Source: an uncultured Candidatus Saccharibacteria bacterium
Lineage (GTDB): Bacteria; Patescibacteriota; Minisyncoccia; Phycocordibacterales; UBA9973
Length of the DNA: 64,000 nt
NCBI GenBank assembly: GCA_964505155.1
Contig: CAZDGL010000001.1
Location: 1,286 to 65,285 of the forward strand
Direction of reading: 5' to 3'
Of this stretch, positions 53,896 to 63,552 are shown in pieces; within the stretch, counting starts at the first letter, position 1, and each line of letters starts with the position of its first letter. The position numbers were made by a program, and so were the translations under genes. The notes beneath the pieces are model-generated. The model did no database searches, was not told the DNA's origin, and saw only the letters and a list, made by a program, of their open reading frames with translations.

Positions 53896-54677
53896 CGCTT
53901 ACCACGACCCTGTCGTTTACGAAATCATAATGAGTCTTAGCTTGGTTCGCGAAAGACGTGATGTCGAAGACTATCTCATTGGGGTTCAGTTCGACCACTC
54001 GAAAAGCGAAAGAATGCTCGTCATCGAACCCTTCGTCCTGCAGACGATGGACGAAATCCTGAACATCCTGCTCCGTCTCAAACAGAGCCAGATTTTCCGT
54101 ATGACGCTTCTTCATGTGAACCACGAACATGTTTAGATTTCCTTCTCTACCGGAGTCAGGGAGACTCGCTCACCAGTCATGTCTTCCATCATTTCGATGA
54201 TGTGGGTGCAGGAATTGAATTCACCCTGACCCTCACCATAAGGATAGTTCCAAATCCATTTCCCGGTCATTTCGCAGTAGTAGAAAGAACCCCGGTCGAA
54301 TTTGGTGGAGGTTGTCTGGGCTTTGAAGATTTTCATGTCCAACTCCAATTTTCTAAAACCAATCTATCATAGAGATTCTGACAAGTCAACGGTTGACTTC
54401 TGAATTTCGGTACGATATGGTGGTCGAAATCAATGGAGATTGTTATGATCCGGTTGAACAAAGAAGAGCTTGCCACCATCAAAAAGTATGGTGAGAAAGA
54501 AGCTCGTAGGTGGGTTTCCGCTAAGAGCTACATCTTCAAGATCGGTGAACGATATAATATCGATAATGGTCTCGAAAAAACCTCGATCAATAATGTAGAC
54601 AAAAAAAATGGGGATCCGAAGACCCCCATTAGTTGACTTGGTTGGTTCCAAGTTCTTTTTTGCTTAGGTAAGATTTC

Positions 54678-55298
54678 TTAAACTTGATTTAAGATGTAAC
54701 CTTTATGATGTTTGATTCTCTTTTTTGTTAATTCACAAGTATTGTAAAGGTTTTTTCTAGTAACACCTAATTGACGACAGGTTTCGGGAAGATTTGAAGT
54801 GAAAATAACTTCATTCGTATGAATATTCGTTATCTTCCAATTTTTACGATTAGCTTTAGCTGCTTGTTCTTTTTGATAATCAGTTTGTTTTCTACCAAGA
54901 TTTGATTGACGCATACGTTCAATATGTTCATTTATATGAGATTGTTTTTCTTCTTCAGTCTTTTTATTCCATTGAAGTTTCTTAGTTTGACTTATCTTTT
55001 CTTTGATTTCATCTGTCATAGCATTATGAAAAGCTAATTGATTATATCCATTAGGCCAAACACTGTTGTATTGTTCGATATAGAATGATTCTCTATTGGA
55101 TAGGTCATTAGTTTCTTCTAAAACCTCATAATCGAACGCGTCCCAACCATGTTTTCGAATTGAACGATGAAAATAATAGTCTGAATTTCGCACTTCTGCT
55201 TCATGTTTGTGATTACGTTTACGTTGTTCAGGATGAATTGTTTGTCCGATATAGTGTTTACCAGTATTTCGATTAGTGTATTTGTAAATAATACCCAT
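54678..55298 (-). CDS. GIY-YIG homing endonuclease
   Basis: MGIIYKYTNRNTGKHYIGQT...R..HK canonical GIY-YIG; inserted directly downstream of gene 23. Confidence 0.8.
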   Translation of the reverse strand: MGIIYKYTNRNTGKHYIGQTIHPEQRKRNHKHEAEVRNSDYYFHRSIRKHGWDAFDYEVLEETNDLSNRESFYIEQYNSVWPNGYNQLAFHNAMTDEIKEKISQTKKLQWNKKTEEEKQSHINEHIERMRQSNLGRKQTDYQKEQAAKANRKNWKITNIHTNEVIFTSNLPETCRQLGVTRKNLYNTCELTKKRIKHHKGYILNQV

Positions 55299-55404
55299 TA
55301 TTAAGGATCCTTGTTAGTAATTATACCTGATATATAGGTAAAAGAAAGGGGAACCTTTCGATCCCCCTTTAAATTGCTTAGGTATACCTAAGTCATTGTT
55401 TTTA

Positions 55405-56724
55405 CTATGTTAAGTTGCGAACTCTGAAGATACGGTAGTAGATGTTTGCTTGGTTTGCCGTATTACGGTCACCAACAACACCGTCACCTGCTGCGGTTGC
55501 GAATGGGTTAGCGACCATACCGTATCTGGTCATAAACCCGATACGTGGCTGGAAGCTATCTTCTGCAATCGCACGAACCATCTGGAGAGGTACGTATGGG
55601 CAGTAGAATAGTCCTGCGTCATAAGGAGATGAACCCTTATAACCGACAGTTGCTAGTTCGTCACCGTTAGAGGTACCACCGAAGTATGGATCGATGTAAA
55701 CCTTGACAAGTCCACCGTGCATGGTACCAGCAAAGGTATTGCCAGTGTCGTCAACGGTTAGGTCGACCTTCAGCGCAGGAGTGTAGTCAAGGACGGATGC
55801 CATTGAAAGTGCAGAAGCAATGTCTGCAGAAACAATGATGATATTACCCTTACCACGTCTGGTTGACTTCGCAATCTGGTTAGCTTCACGTTCGATCTGG
55901 AAGATTAGACCCTTGAACTTTTCAACTGACCAACGACCACCGGAGTCGGTGTCAAGGTCGTAGGTACCAGCGGTTGTTACACCATTCTGTGCACCAATAG
56001 TTGCAGTCTTATAGATCGTACGAACTGCTTCACGATTGATTTCTGCCAGAATTTCGGTAGAAAGAATGTTAGCTAGTTCGGTTTCCGCGTCGAGATTGTG
56101 GATAGCCTTCAGATCCTGCGCAATTTCCATTGAGTAGGATGCCTTCAACTTACGGCTTCGTGCAGTGACGGTAACCTTATCGATGCTGAATGCCATTTCC
56201 GCAAATGCGTTGTTACCCGCATCACCAAGTGCTTCACCGGATGCAGTTGACATACCATTTGCGGTAGTATATGCACCAGAGTTTAGAAGGTTAGCGACTG
56301 GGTTCGTACCTACGTGCGTGCCGACACCAGCGGTGTTCTGACCAGCGTTAGTAGATGAGAACAAAGTGTCTGCTTCGTTGAAGAGTGCTTCGGTACCAGA
56401 CATGTTCACATAGCGAGACTTCATTGCGAAAATGAGTCCTGCTGGTCCGGTCATTGGCTGAACACCCATGATATCGAAGGACATCAGGTTTGGAACTGCA
56501 CGACGGAGCAAGGAGATCATAATCGGATCGTAGTTCTGAACACCACCAGCAGATACCGAGTTGGTAGGTGCCGCTTCGTTCAACTGACGATTCTGTTCAC
56601 GCTGGTCTCTTTCCTGATTTTCAAGAAGAGCAGCAGTGACTGCCTTACGATATGGATCGCGAATCTTTGGGAGGTCTGGATGATCGAGAACCGGAGCCCA
56701 CTTTTCTAGTAGATTATAAGACAT
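55405..56724 (-). CDS. 23: major capsid protein gp23
   Basis: LLRRAVPNLMSFDIMGVQPMTGPAGLIFAM, KASYSMEIAQDLKAIHNLDAE and GFMTRYGMVANPF collinear with T4 gp23. Confidence 0.92.
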   Translation of the reverse strand: MSYNLLEKWAPVLDHPDLPKIRDPYRKAVTAALLENQERDQREQNRQLNEAAPTNSVSAGGVQNYDPIMISLLRRAVPNLMSFDIMGVQPMTGPAGLIFAMKSRYVNMSGTEALFNEADTLFSSTNAGQNTAGVGTHVGTNPVANLLNSGAYTTANGMSTASGEALGDAGNNAFAEMAFSIDKVTVTARSRKLKASYSMEIAQDLKAIHNLDAETELANILSTEILAEINREAVRTIYKTATIGAQNGVTTAGTYDLDTDSGGRWSVEKFKGLIFQIEREANQIAKSTRRGKGNIIIVSADIASALSMASVLDYTPALKVDLTVDDTGNTFAGTMHGGLVKVYIDPYFGGTSNGDELATVGYKGSSPYDAGLFYCPYVPLQMVRAIAEDSFQPRIGFMTRYGMVANPFATAAGDGVVGDRNTANQANIYYRIFRVRNLT

Positions 56725-56753
56725 TATTGTTTTCCCTTATTTTGTCTTTTTGT

Positions 56754-58037
56754 TTACTTACGAATGCCGCGCGAAATAGCGCTAACATAGTTATTCATTG
56801 GTCCGGTAGTCTCTACAACTCCGCTTTGCTCATTATCTGAAAGTGAATCTTCATTCAAATTGGTAGTCTTTACTGGTGTCTTCTTGAAATAGGTTTCGAA
56901 GACTGTCTCTAGCTTAGCATCGAAATCGTCGTCGTTCTTGTATTCAAGTTCTTCCACCAGCTTGATATATTCTGAAGCCGCTACATCAGTCATTCTAGAT
57001 TCAAGAATCTTGGAAGTGACTAGGGACTTCTTTCGCTCTTCCTTGAGAGCGTTAGTAAGCTGAATATTGGTGTCAGCAACTGCGTTGTACTGATCAACAA
57101 CTTCTTCATACTTACTATATAGATCTTCGTAGATTTCTAGACGCTCTTCTGGAACTTCGATATAGTGCTCGATGAAGAGATTACGTAGACCGACAATAAA
57201 GTCCTCGGTCAATTCGTTACGGATAGAACGTTCCACAACTTCTACATTCTCAGAGAGCCATTCCTCAGCAACGTGGTTCATGTAGGACTCAACCTGTTCG
57301 TTTAGGTTGGTCTGCATTTCTTCCACTGCTTCGTTAAATGCCTTATCGAATGCTTCGGTTAGGGTTTCCGCAAGTGTATTATACTTCGCTTCAACTGCTG
57401 CTTCGAAGATTGTTGCTACGTTGGTCTTGAACTCTTCGGATAGATCCGTGCCTTCAAATAGATTGCCAAGTTCAACTGAGAAATCGACTAGATCTTCGTT
57501 AGTAACTTCGGTCTCTACTTCTTCCTTAGCTAGCTTGTCTGATGCCTTAGAAATTCCCTTGACTCTCTTATCGTCTCTTTTCTTCAATGAAGAAGGTAGA
57601 TCATTTCTATCTGTTATACTAGAAGATGCCTTCTTTACATATGAAGAAAGAGTCTTCTTTGACAATTCCTCAAGGTTCTCTTCCTTGACGTCGACTTCGT
57701 CCTTATCCTTGGACGGCTTCTTCTTGTCACCATCGTCATCACCACCAGAAGAATCGTCGTCATCGTCCTTCTTGTCGTCTTCTTCCTCGGCTTCGGAAAC
57801 TGACTTTAGACCCTTACGTGGATCCTGTGGAGAATCCTTGTCTGCAGGACGCTTGGCAATCTTTGAAATCTTCTTAGCAGGATCGAGATCAGGATACTGA
57901 TTAGCCTTAGATCCGTCCTCACCACCAAGATCGTCAAAAGACGCTCCATCTAGCTTCTGCATTGGATCAGCGTGAGCATTTGCCTTAGACTTGTTAAGGA
58001 TATCTGCTGCTGACTCTTGTAATGACTTGATACCCAT
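56754..58037 (-). CDS. 22: prohead scaffold protein gp22-like (acidic)
   Basis: ATG at 58035..58037 with a GGAG SD; CTAAATAA sits 30 nt upstream; highly acidic coiled-coil; contains LEELSKKTLSSYVKKAS module. Confidence 0.6.
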   Translation of the reverse strand: MGIKSLQESAADILNKSKANAHADPMQKLDGASFDDLGGEDGSKANQYPDLDPAKKISKIAKRPADKDSPQDPRKGLKSVSEAEEEDDKKDDDDDSSGGDDDGDKKKPSKDKDEVDVKEENLEELSKKTLSSYVKKASSSITDRNDLPSSLKKRDDKRVKGISKASDKLAKEEVETEVTNEDLVDFSVELGNLFEGTDLSEEFKTNVATIFEAAVEAKYNTLAETLTEAFDKAFNEAVEEMQTNLNEQVESYMNHVAEEWLSENVEVVERSIRNELTEDFIVGLRNLFIEHYIEVPEERLEIYEDLYSKYEEVVDQYNAVADTNIQLTNALKEERKKSLVTSKILESRMTDVAASEYIKLVEELEYKNDDDFDAKLETVFETYFKKTPVKTTNLNEDSLSDNEQSGVVETTGPMNNYVSAISRGIRK

Positions 58038-58088
58038 TATAGGTTTCTCCAATTTTTTAATTTCGTAGTTATTTAGTAATTTGTAGTT

Positions 58089-58745
58089 TTAGACTAGTTT
58101 AGAAAGATATCGCTTGAACAATGCGATGCCATGAGATTCGATTTCTGTTCTTCGAGCCTCGGTTAGTATCTTCTTTGCTCTATCGTATTCACCCTCGGTC
58201 CACATACCATCAGAAAATACCCATTCCTTGCCTTCCATGATACCCTGAACAAAAGCATCAGGAGCAGACGGATCCGCTACGATATCAATCGTCTTCAGAC
58301 TGAAATCATTGTTGACAAAATCTTCGTTGTTCTGCTTCCGTACGGTTCCTACACCACGCGTCGAGACACCTAACTGAGCACCACCATCCATCAGGTTCTT
58401 TGCAATCTTACCAAATGGAGTATCGAGAATTTCTGCCCGACCAATGAAATCGTTATTGGCCTGAGTCATTTCTCGAATGATGTGGGATACGCGATCCAGA
58501 TTGATTGCTGGACCAGCAGGATGTCCTAGCTCACCTAGAGCACGGTTTGGCTTGATATAGTTTTCATTAAAGCTGTTAGCTTCACGTTCCAGAAGTGAAC
58601 GAGGATAGACGCGTCCGTTGCGGTTCTTCACCTCGGACTGCATAAATTTCCCTTGAATGAAGTATCTCTTTGGTTTAGAATTTGATGCTTCTACGATGAG
58701 GTTTTCGACGTCGTGTACTTCGTCTTCTACGATAAGGATACCCAT
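58089..58745 (-). CDS. 21: prohead protease gp21
   Basis: YFIQGKFMQSEVKNRNGRVYPRSLLE...LGELGHPAG collinear with T4 gp21. Confidence 0.85.
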   Translation of the reverse strand: MGILIVEDEVHDVENLIVEASNSKPKRYFIQGKFMQSEVKNRNGRVYPRSLLEREANSFNENYIKPNRALGELGHPAGPAINLDRVSHIIREMTQANNDFIGRAEILDTPFGKIAKNLMDGGAQLGVSTRGVGTVRKQNNEDFVNNDFSLKTIDIVADPSAPDAFVQGIMEGKEWVFSDGMWTEGEYDRAKKILTEARRTEIESHGIALFKRYLSKLV

Positions 58746-59398
58746 TATAGTCCTATTGCTTTTCTCTTGCGATCAGATCGCTTACGCTTCAGACGTGCTG
58801 AAGTCATTTTTGCCTTGCGCTTGATTTTTCCGAGCTTCTGACCACGCTTACGGTTTCGACGCTCAGTTGGAGACATCCGAACCAATTCGTGGTTCTTGAG
58901 TGAATTTCTGAAAGTATATCCAGCGGTATTAGTCACTCTACGATTACGCTGGACGTTTCCTTTACGGACGCGTGCTCGCACAATCTTCCATCGCTTACCA
59001 GACTTTGATAGCTTGGTTCCGGTTACTCTAGCTTCGTCTAGATCTTCATCTTCCTTAGCAAGTCTTTTTGCTGCTAAGGATATGCCTTGACCACGATTGC
59101 TCAACTTTTTAAACGCTTTGGATTTATCACTTGAATTTCTTGCTACTCTACCTTTAAAAAGCAAATCTGTAGTATCTCCAGAAGCTTTATTTACATATCT
59201 ACCGAGAGTATCTTTAGAAAGTTCGTTGACGTCTTCGTCTTCTTCTACAAGCTCGTATTCCTCGTCCAATCCATATAGATTGAATGCTACCTGTTGCTTG
59301 ATTTCCACTAGCTTTCGTGCTAGAAGTTCTTGAATTCTAGTATTAGCTTCTTCATTGAAGCCTAGAACATCGTTGTTCAAAATCTTACTGACTAGCAT
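58745..59398 (-). CDS. prohead core protein (gp67/68/IP-like), basic C-terminus
   Basis: Contains VNELSKDTLGRYVNKASGD module shared with gp22 and 59603..60265. Confidence 0.45.
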   Translation of the reverse strand: MLVSKILNNDVLGFNEEANTRIQELLARKLVEIKQQVAFNLYGLDEEYELVEEDEDVNELSKDTLGRYVNKASGDTTDLLFKGRVARNSSDKSKAFKKLSNRGQGISLAAKRLAKEDEDLDEARVTGTKLSKSGKRWKIVRARVRKGNVQRNRRVTNTAGYTFRNSLKNHELVRMSPTERRNRKRGQKLGKIKRKAKMTSARLKRKRSDRKRKAIGL

Positions 59399-59606
59399 TC
59401 TCTGCCGAACCTGTCTCTGTTATAGTAACCGTGAAATACTTCTTTAGTGAATCTGAATAGTAGAGTCCCACCGTGATGTTATCCGGGTATTGACGCACCG
59501 ATTTACGCTTTAAAGCTAGTAAAGCAGGTAGTCCGTTTACCGTATCGTTGGTCTTAGTAGAGGTAGCTTCCTTAAGCTCTTCTACTTTTTGTAGGAAACG
59601 ACTCAT
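59385..59606 (-). CDS. small prohead core protein (gp67-like?)
   Basis: 73 aa, position between portal and protease. Confidence 0.35.
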   Translation of the reverse strand: MSRFLQKVEELKEATSTKTNDTVNGLPALLALKRKSVRQYPDNITVGLYYSDSLKKYFTVTITETGSAENASQ

Positions 59607-60265
59607 TTAGTCAGCTTATCGGTTGCCTTGGAAATACCCTTAACTCTCGAACGAGCCTTGCCTGCAGCTTTCACAGACATTTCTACACCCTTTAGTGGTT
59701 CACCACGGGACAATCTAGCTGAATTGCCACCATCTATTCTTCCAGCTTTATAGTCATGCTCCTTTGCATCAGCAGAAGCTTTCTTAATGTAGGAGCCGAG
59801 TGTTTTCTTAGAAAGCTCGTTGACTTCTAAATCTTCTTCCTCGTTAGTTTCATTTCCGTGACGATCTAGATCACTTCTCTTCTTACCATCACGCTTTTCT
59901 AGTTCAGAACCAGCTTTGGTAATTCCAACAAGTCTATTCTTTACTTTCCGCTCACCAGAAGCAGTAGCTACATCCTTGCTTGCCTTACCCAAATAAGAAG
60001 TCAATTTTTTATCAGAAAGCTCGTTGACGTCTTCTTCGTCCACGGTCTCTTCCTTCTTGATCTTCTGTGTTTTTAATTCTTTAGCAACACGAAAAGGTCC
60101 AGTTTGATGCCACTTTCTTTCGTTAACTACTTCTTCCGAGAAAAGCTTTGATCCGATAAGCTTACGCATCTCTCCGACAATGCCGTCGATACGAGCCGTG
60201 ATTATCTTGTTAGATTCTTCAGTGAATGCCTTGACGTCTCTTCTGACAGCGCTATCGACGAACAT
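59603..60265 (-). CDS. prohead core protein with two copies of the NELS(K/D)K(K/T)L.SY..KAS module
   Basis: VNELSDKKLTSYLGKASKD and VNELSKKTLGSYIKKASAD. Confidence 0.45.
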   Translation of the reverse strand: MFVDSAVRRDVKAFTEESNKIITARIDGIVGEMRKLIGSKLFSEEVVNERKWHQTGPFRVAKELKTQKIKKEETVDEEDVNELSDKKLTSYLGKASKDVATASGERKVKNRLVGITKAGSELEKRDGKKRSDLDRHGNETNEEEDLEVNELSKKTLGSYIKKASADAKEHDYKAGRIDGGNSARLSRGEPLKGVEMSVKAAGKARSRVKGISKATDKLTK

Positions 60266-60297
60266 TATTGTTTCCCTTTTTAGATCTTTGGTATTAT

Positions 60298-61953
60298 TTA
60301 TTTTTTTGAAGATTTCTTGTCTTTAGCTGCTGGTGCTGCAGGAGGTTCTGGTGGAGCCGCAGCTACCTGAGCCGATGCCGTTCCATATGCTAGCTTGGAC
60401 TGTTGGTCGATTGAACTATCAGTTGGAACCGCACCCATAATCTTCATATTGGTATCGATATCGTCGTCCATTTCACCTGACGTCTTTTCCTTATCAATCT
60501 GCTTGTCCATTTCCTCGATCTCCTCATCGGTGAATCGTAGGATCTTCTTTCGAATCCATTCCTTCGGTACAAGCTGACCACGAAACTGCATGAATGCACC
60601 CGCTAGAGTCACTCGTTCGTTCCACATTTCCATTTCTTTCAATTCGTCGTAGTAGTTGTCGACGCGGAATTCGTAGGCCACGTCGTGACGCATTTCTTCC
60701 CAGTCTTCTTCGGAACAAACACCCTTGAGGACTAGTTGGATTTTTAGAGCAGCATCAAAGATATCCGAGAATCTCTTCTGGAGACGCTTAATCATCTTTG
60801 AGAACTTGATTTCGTCGCGGTTGATTTCATTGGCACGACCCAGTGAAAATCCCTGCGAAGCTTCCAAACGAGTTAGAGGTACACCAAGAGATTTGAATAG
60901 TTTGCGCTCGAAATAGATGACGTCTTCGATATTACCTAGATTTTCTGCACCCGGTAGAGTATCGATTTCTGTGGAATTACTACCTTCACGACGTGGCAAC
61001 CAGAAATCTTCCGTCATTGCCATAAATTTACGGTCGTTTCGGATTTCACCTGTTTCGGCATCTAAGACAATCTTATCCCGATACATATCCTTGACTGCCT
61101 GAAGATGCTTCATCGCGGTCTTGGTAGGAAGATTTCCTACGTCGATATAGAAGGCACGACGTTCTGGTGCTCTGGCCAAACGATAGATGACCAGAGAATC
61201 TTCTACCATTCGTAGAGAATTTAGAGGCTTGATTGATCTATGGAGATTTGATAGAAGGACTCTTCGGTCTACGTCCATCAAACCAGAAGTTGAACTAATA
61301 ATGGAATCGACTGAGATACGGACACCCAGATTGGAGTATGCCGCACCAATCATTCCCATTTCGTTGTAGAGATAGTACTCGTTGATCTTCTTGATGATAT
61401 CGATACCGGAAATTCTATCCTTCTCGCGGATGATTTCACGGATCTTGCGAAGCTTGCGTGGATCGATGTATCGAAGCTCCTTTATACCATCCTTAGGCTT
61501 TTCCTTATCAATGACAGCATGGAAGAAAATTCGACCATCCACATACCAGCGCTTGAACAACTCGTATCCCTGATTAGAGAAGTTGAGCATTCTGAGGATG
61601 TACTTGAATTCTTCATCAATCTTCTTCTTGACTGAATCTGCCCACTCAAGATTGTCTAGATTAACGGAAACGCAGAGACCAGTTTCGTCTGGAACCACGG
61701 CATCATTGATGATTTCATCAATTGCCGTTTCCATTTCTGGTTGGATTGACATCTTACGATATTTGTTGATAAGATCAATTTCATTCTTGTATGTCGCTTC
61801 CATATTCAAGTGAGTGCCATAGTAGGCACCACGCTGAATTACTAGCGCACCATCATCATTATCTGGTGGGGTAAATGTTTTTTGACGTTCTTGCTCTGCG
61901 TCTTCGGATTTGCGTTTGATTTCAAATCCGAAGAGGTTCCAACCTTCAGCCAT
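60298..61953 (-). CDS. 20: portal vertex protein gp20
   Basis: 551 aa; position between gp19 and the core/protease genes; Ala/Pro-rich basic tail. Confidence 0.8.
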   Translation of the reverse strand: MAEGWNLFGFEIKRKSEDAEQERQKTFTPPDNDDGALVIQRGAYYGTHLNMEATYKNEIDLINKYRKMSIQPEMETAIDEIINDAVVPDETGLCVSVNLDNLEWADSVKKKIDEEFKYILRMLNFSNQGYELFKRWYVDGRIFFHAVIDKEKPKDGIKELRYIDPRKLRKIREIIREKDRISGIDIIKKINEYYLYNEMGMIGAAYSNLGVRISVDSIISSTSGLMDVDRRVLLSNLHRSIKPLNSLRMVEDSLVIYRLARAPERRAFYIDVGNLPTKTAMKHLQAVKDMYRDKIVLDAETGEIRNDRKFMAMTEDFWLPRREGSNSTEIDTLPGAENLGNIEDVIYFERKLFKSLGVPLTRLEASQGFSLGRANEINRDEIKFSKMIKRLQKRFSDIFDAALKIQLVLKGVCSEEDWEEMRHDVAYEFRVDNYYDELKEMEMWNERVTLAGAFMQFRGQLVPKEWIRKKILRFTDEEIEEMDKQIDKEKTSGEMDDDIDTNMKIMGAVPTDSSIDQQSKLAYGTASAQVAAAPPEPPAAPAAKDKKSSKK

Positions 61954-61975
61954 AATTAGTGTCCTTTATGGATTC

Positions 61976-62542
61976 TTAGGATACGAGATCTGCAGTTTCC
62001 CAGAGGTCCATTTCAAAGGTAACAGTAAAGTCCATGACTCTATCGTTATCACCCCAATCGAGAGGAATCTGTTCAACTAGTGCTGGCCATGCAGCTAACA
62101 TACGGTAGGATCTATTAGGTGAACCATCAAACTTTGAAAGCTGATGGACTATTGCGTCTGAAGTATAGTCATATGATGGTGAACCACCTGAGCCACCAAT
62201 ACCCTGAAGTCTAAGATTAGATCGGTGGGTATTAATGGAATTATTCCATGCTTCAAAAGCCTTACGCATTGAGAAGTCTTCGTCGTTGTAAACCGTGACG
62301 GTCCATGTTTCGAAGGTTCTGTTTCCTGCTAGCTTGACGTCTCGACCCTGATATGCTACAGGAGTCGTTCCTAGAGCCTGACCGGGAATCGCTGCTGCAC
62401 GACACATGGTAATGAATTTACGGTTGAAGCCCGGTGACAAATTCTGGACGGAAGTAGGGATATTCAATTCCACTTCGAACAGGTTTGGTCTTGCACCGTC
62501 TTGTGCCATCATGGAACGAAAGTCTGTGATATCTAGTGGCAT
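61976..62542 (-). CDS. 19: tail tube protein gp19
   Basis: ARPNLFEVELN...GNRTFETWTVTVYNDE collinear with T4 gp19; CATAAATAA at 62591..62599 lies about 50 nt upstream. Confidence 0.85.
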   Translation of the reverse strand: MPLDITDFRSMMAQDGARPNLFEVELNIPTSVQNLSPGFNRKFITMCRAAAIPGQALGTTPVAYQGRDVKLAGNRTFETWTVTVYNDEDFSMRKAFEAWNNSINTHRSNLRLQGIGGSGGSPSYDYTSDAIVHQLSKFDGSPNRSYRMLAAWPALVEQIPLDWGDNDRVMDFTVTFEMDLWETADLVS

Positions 62543-62617
62543 ATTGGATCTCCCTACGGATTCTTTCTTGTTGTTTTTAAGGAATTCGGTTTATTTATGT
62601 TTCTGTGAAAAATCCCA

Positions 62618-62646
62618 TTGACAAAATTTGAAAAATGAAGTAGATT
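62618..62646 (+). promoter_or_regulatory. sigma70-type early promoter TTGACA-N17-TAGATT
   Basis: -35 at 62618..62623, -10 at 62641..62646; divergent from the gp19 late motif. Confidence 0.65.
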
Positions 62647-62673
62647 GTGAAAATCAAATCAATGGAGACGGAC

Positions 62674-62910
62674 ATGAACACCGAGACCCTTCATCAGCCT
62701 TCTACCTTCTTCTCGATTGACACTTGCCGCAGCTATTCGACCGAAGCGAACTTGATCAAGGGACTGAACAAGCTTTTCAACAAGGAAGAGATTTATCGCG
62801 CAATGGTGGTCAAGAACCGCGAAGGTCGCTTCACCGCAATCTTCCCAGTGAGTGCCGCTGACGGATACCTTGGTCGCTTCGCTCAGCATGGTTTCATGAC
62901 GATAGGTTGA
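62674..62910 (+). CDS. small GC-rich early protein (MN... family leader)
   Basis: ATG at 62674 (caatggagacggacATGAACACC) paralogous to the 38449 leader; the track starts at a GTG at 62647. Confidence 0.5.
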   Translation: MNTETLHQPSTFFSIDTCRSYSTEANLIKGLNKLFNKEEIYRAMVVKNREGRFTAIFPVSAADGYLGRFAQHGFMTIG

Positions 62911-62922
62911 AGGAGAAAGAAA

Positions 62923-63135
62923 ATGAATCATGACGATTTCTTCAAGCAAGCGGATAACGAAATGAAGTGGTTTGGACGAATCTTCTGGTTCGTGTTCGCT
63001 GTCGCTGCTATAATAATTGTGGGGACTTGGTCCTTCTATGGATTTGTAGCATACAAGGTGATTAGTGATCCTGCGGTAATTGGTCGGACTGCTGGTCAGA
63101 TTATGCAGGGTTTCATAGACGAAACGGAGAAGTGA
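62923..63135 (+). CDS. small membrane protein
   Basis: 70 aa with one long hydrophobic segment FGRIFWFVFAVAAIIIVGTWSFYGFVAY. Confidence 0.45.
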   Translation: MNHDDFFKQADNEMKWFGRIFWFVFAVAAIIIVGTWSFYGFVAYKVISDPAVIGRTAGQIMQGFIDETEK

Positions 63136-63136
63136 A

Positions 63137-63328
63137 ATGTACTTATTGTTTGCTGGATATTCTTACTATCCGAGAGGTGGTATGCATGATATGGTAGGTA
63201 AGTACCCCTCATTAGAGGAAGCAGTTAAAGCATGGGAAGATGATACTGATAGATATGAGAGGTGGGATTGGGGACATGTTTATTGCATAGAAAGTGATTG
63301 CACTATTCGTATGGAAAAGTCTAAGTGA
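63137..63328 (+). CDS. small hypothetical protein
   Basis: 63 aa ORF. Confidence 0.35.
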   Translation: MYLLFAGYSYYPRGGMHDMVGKYPSLEEAVKAWEDDTDRYERWDWGHVYCIESDCTIRMEKSK

Positions 63329-63519
63329 CTTGGTTCGATCTCTGCATACCCTGTAAGATAGGGACTGTGCCTGCATTGGTTAGAGTTGACAAACGTCAAC
63401 CAATCAAGATGTGAAGATTCCTTCGAATTCAGGAGCAGGAGAACGGAAAGTGGGAAAACGTTCTTGTCACTTATGTGGATGACTCTGGATACTTCAGAGC
63501 CGATAGAATGTAATAAAAA

Positions 63520-63537
63520 GGGAGGCATTTGCCTCCC
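63520..63537. terminator. bidirectional hairpin terminator
   Basis: GGGAGGC-attt-GCCTCCC flanked by AATAAAAA upstream and TTTATTGG downstream; serves gp18 (minus) and the cassette (plus). Confidence 0.6.
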
Positions 63538-63552
63538 TTTATTGGTTGTTGA

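Noticed and set aside
57307-57900. 197-aa Ser-rich plus-strand ORF
   Set aside because: Antisense to the acidic, repeat-rich gp22 scaffold gene; a mirror ORF generated by low-complexity sequence.
62647-62673. GTG start of the cassette ORF given in the track
   Set aside because: ATG at 62674 reproduces the conserved leader/start context of the paralogous 38449 gene; the GTG lies only 1 nt downstream of the -10 hexamer.
63422-63505. 27-codon ORF MWMTLDTSEPIECNKKGGICLPLLVVD overlapping the gp18 terminator hairpin
   Set aside because: Its coding sequence is formed by the terminator stem itself; no SD; too short.
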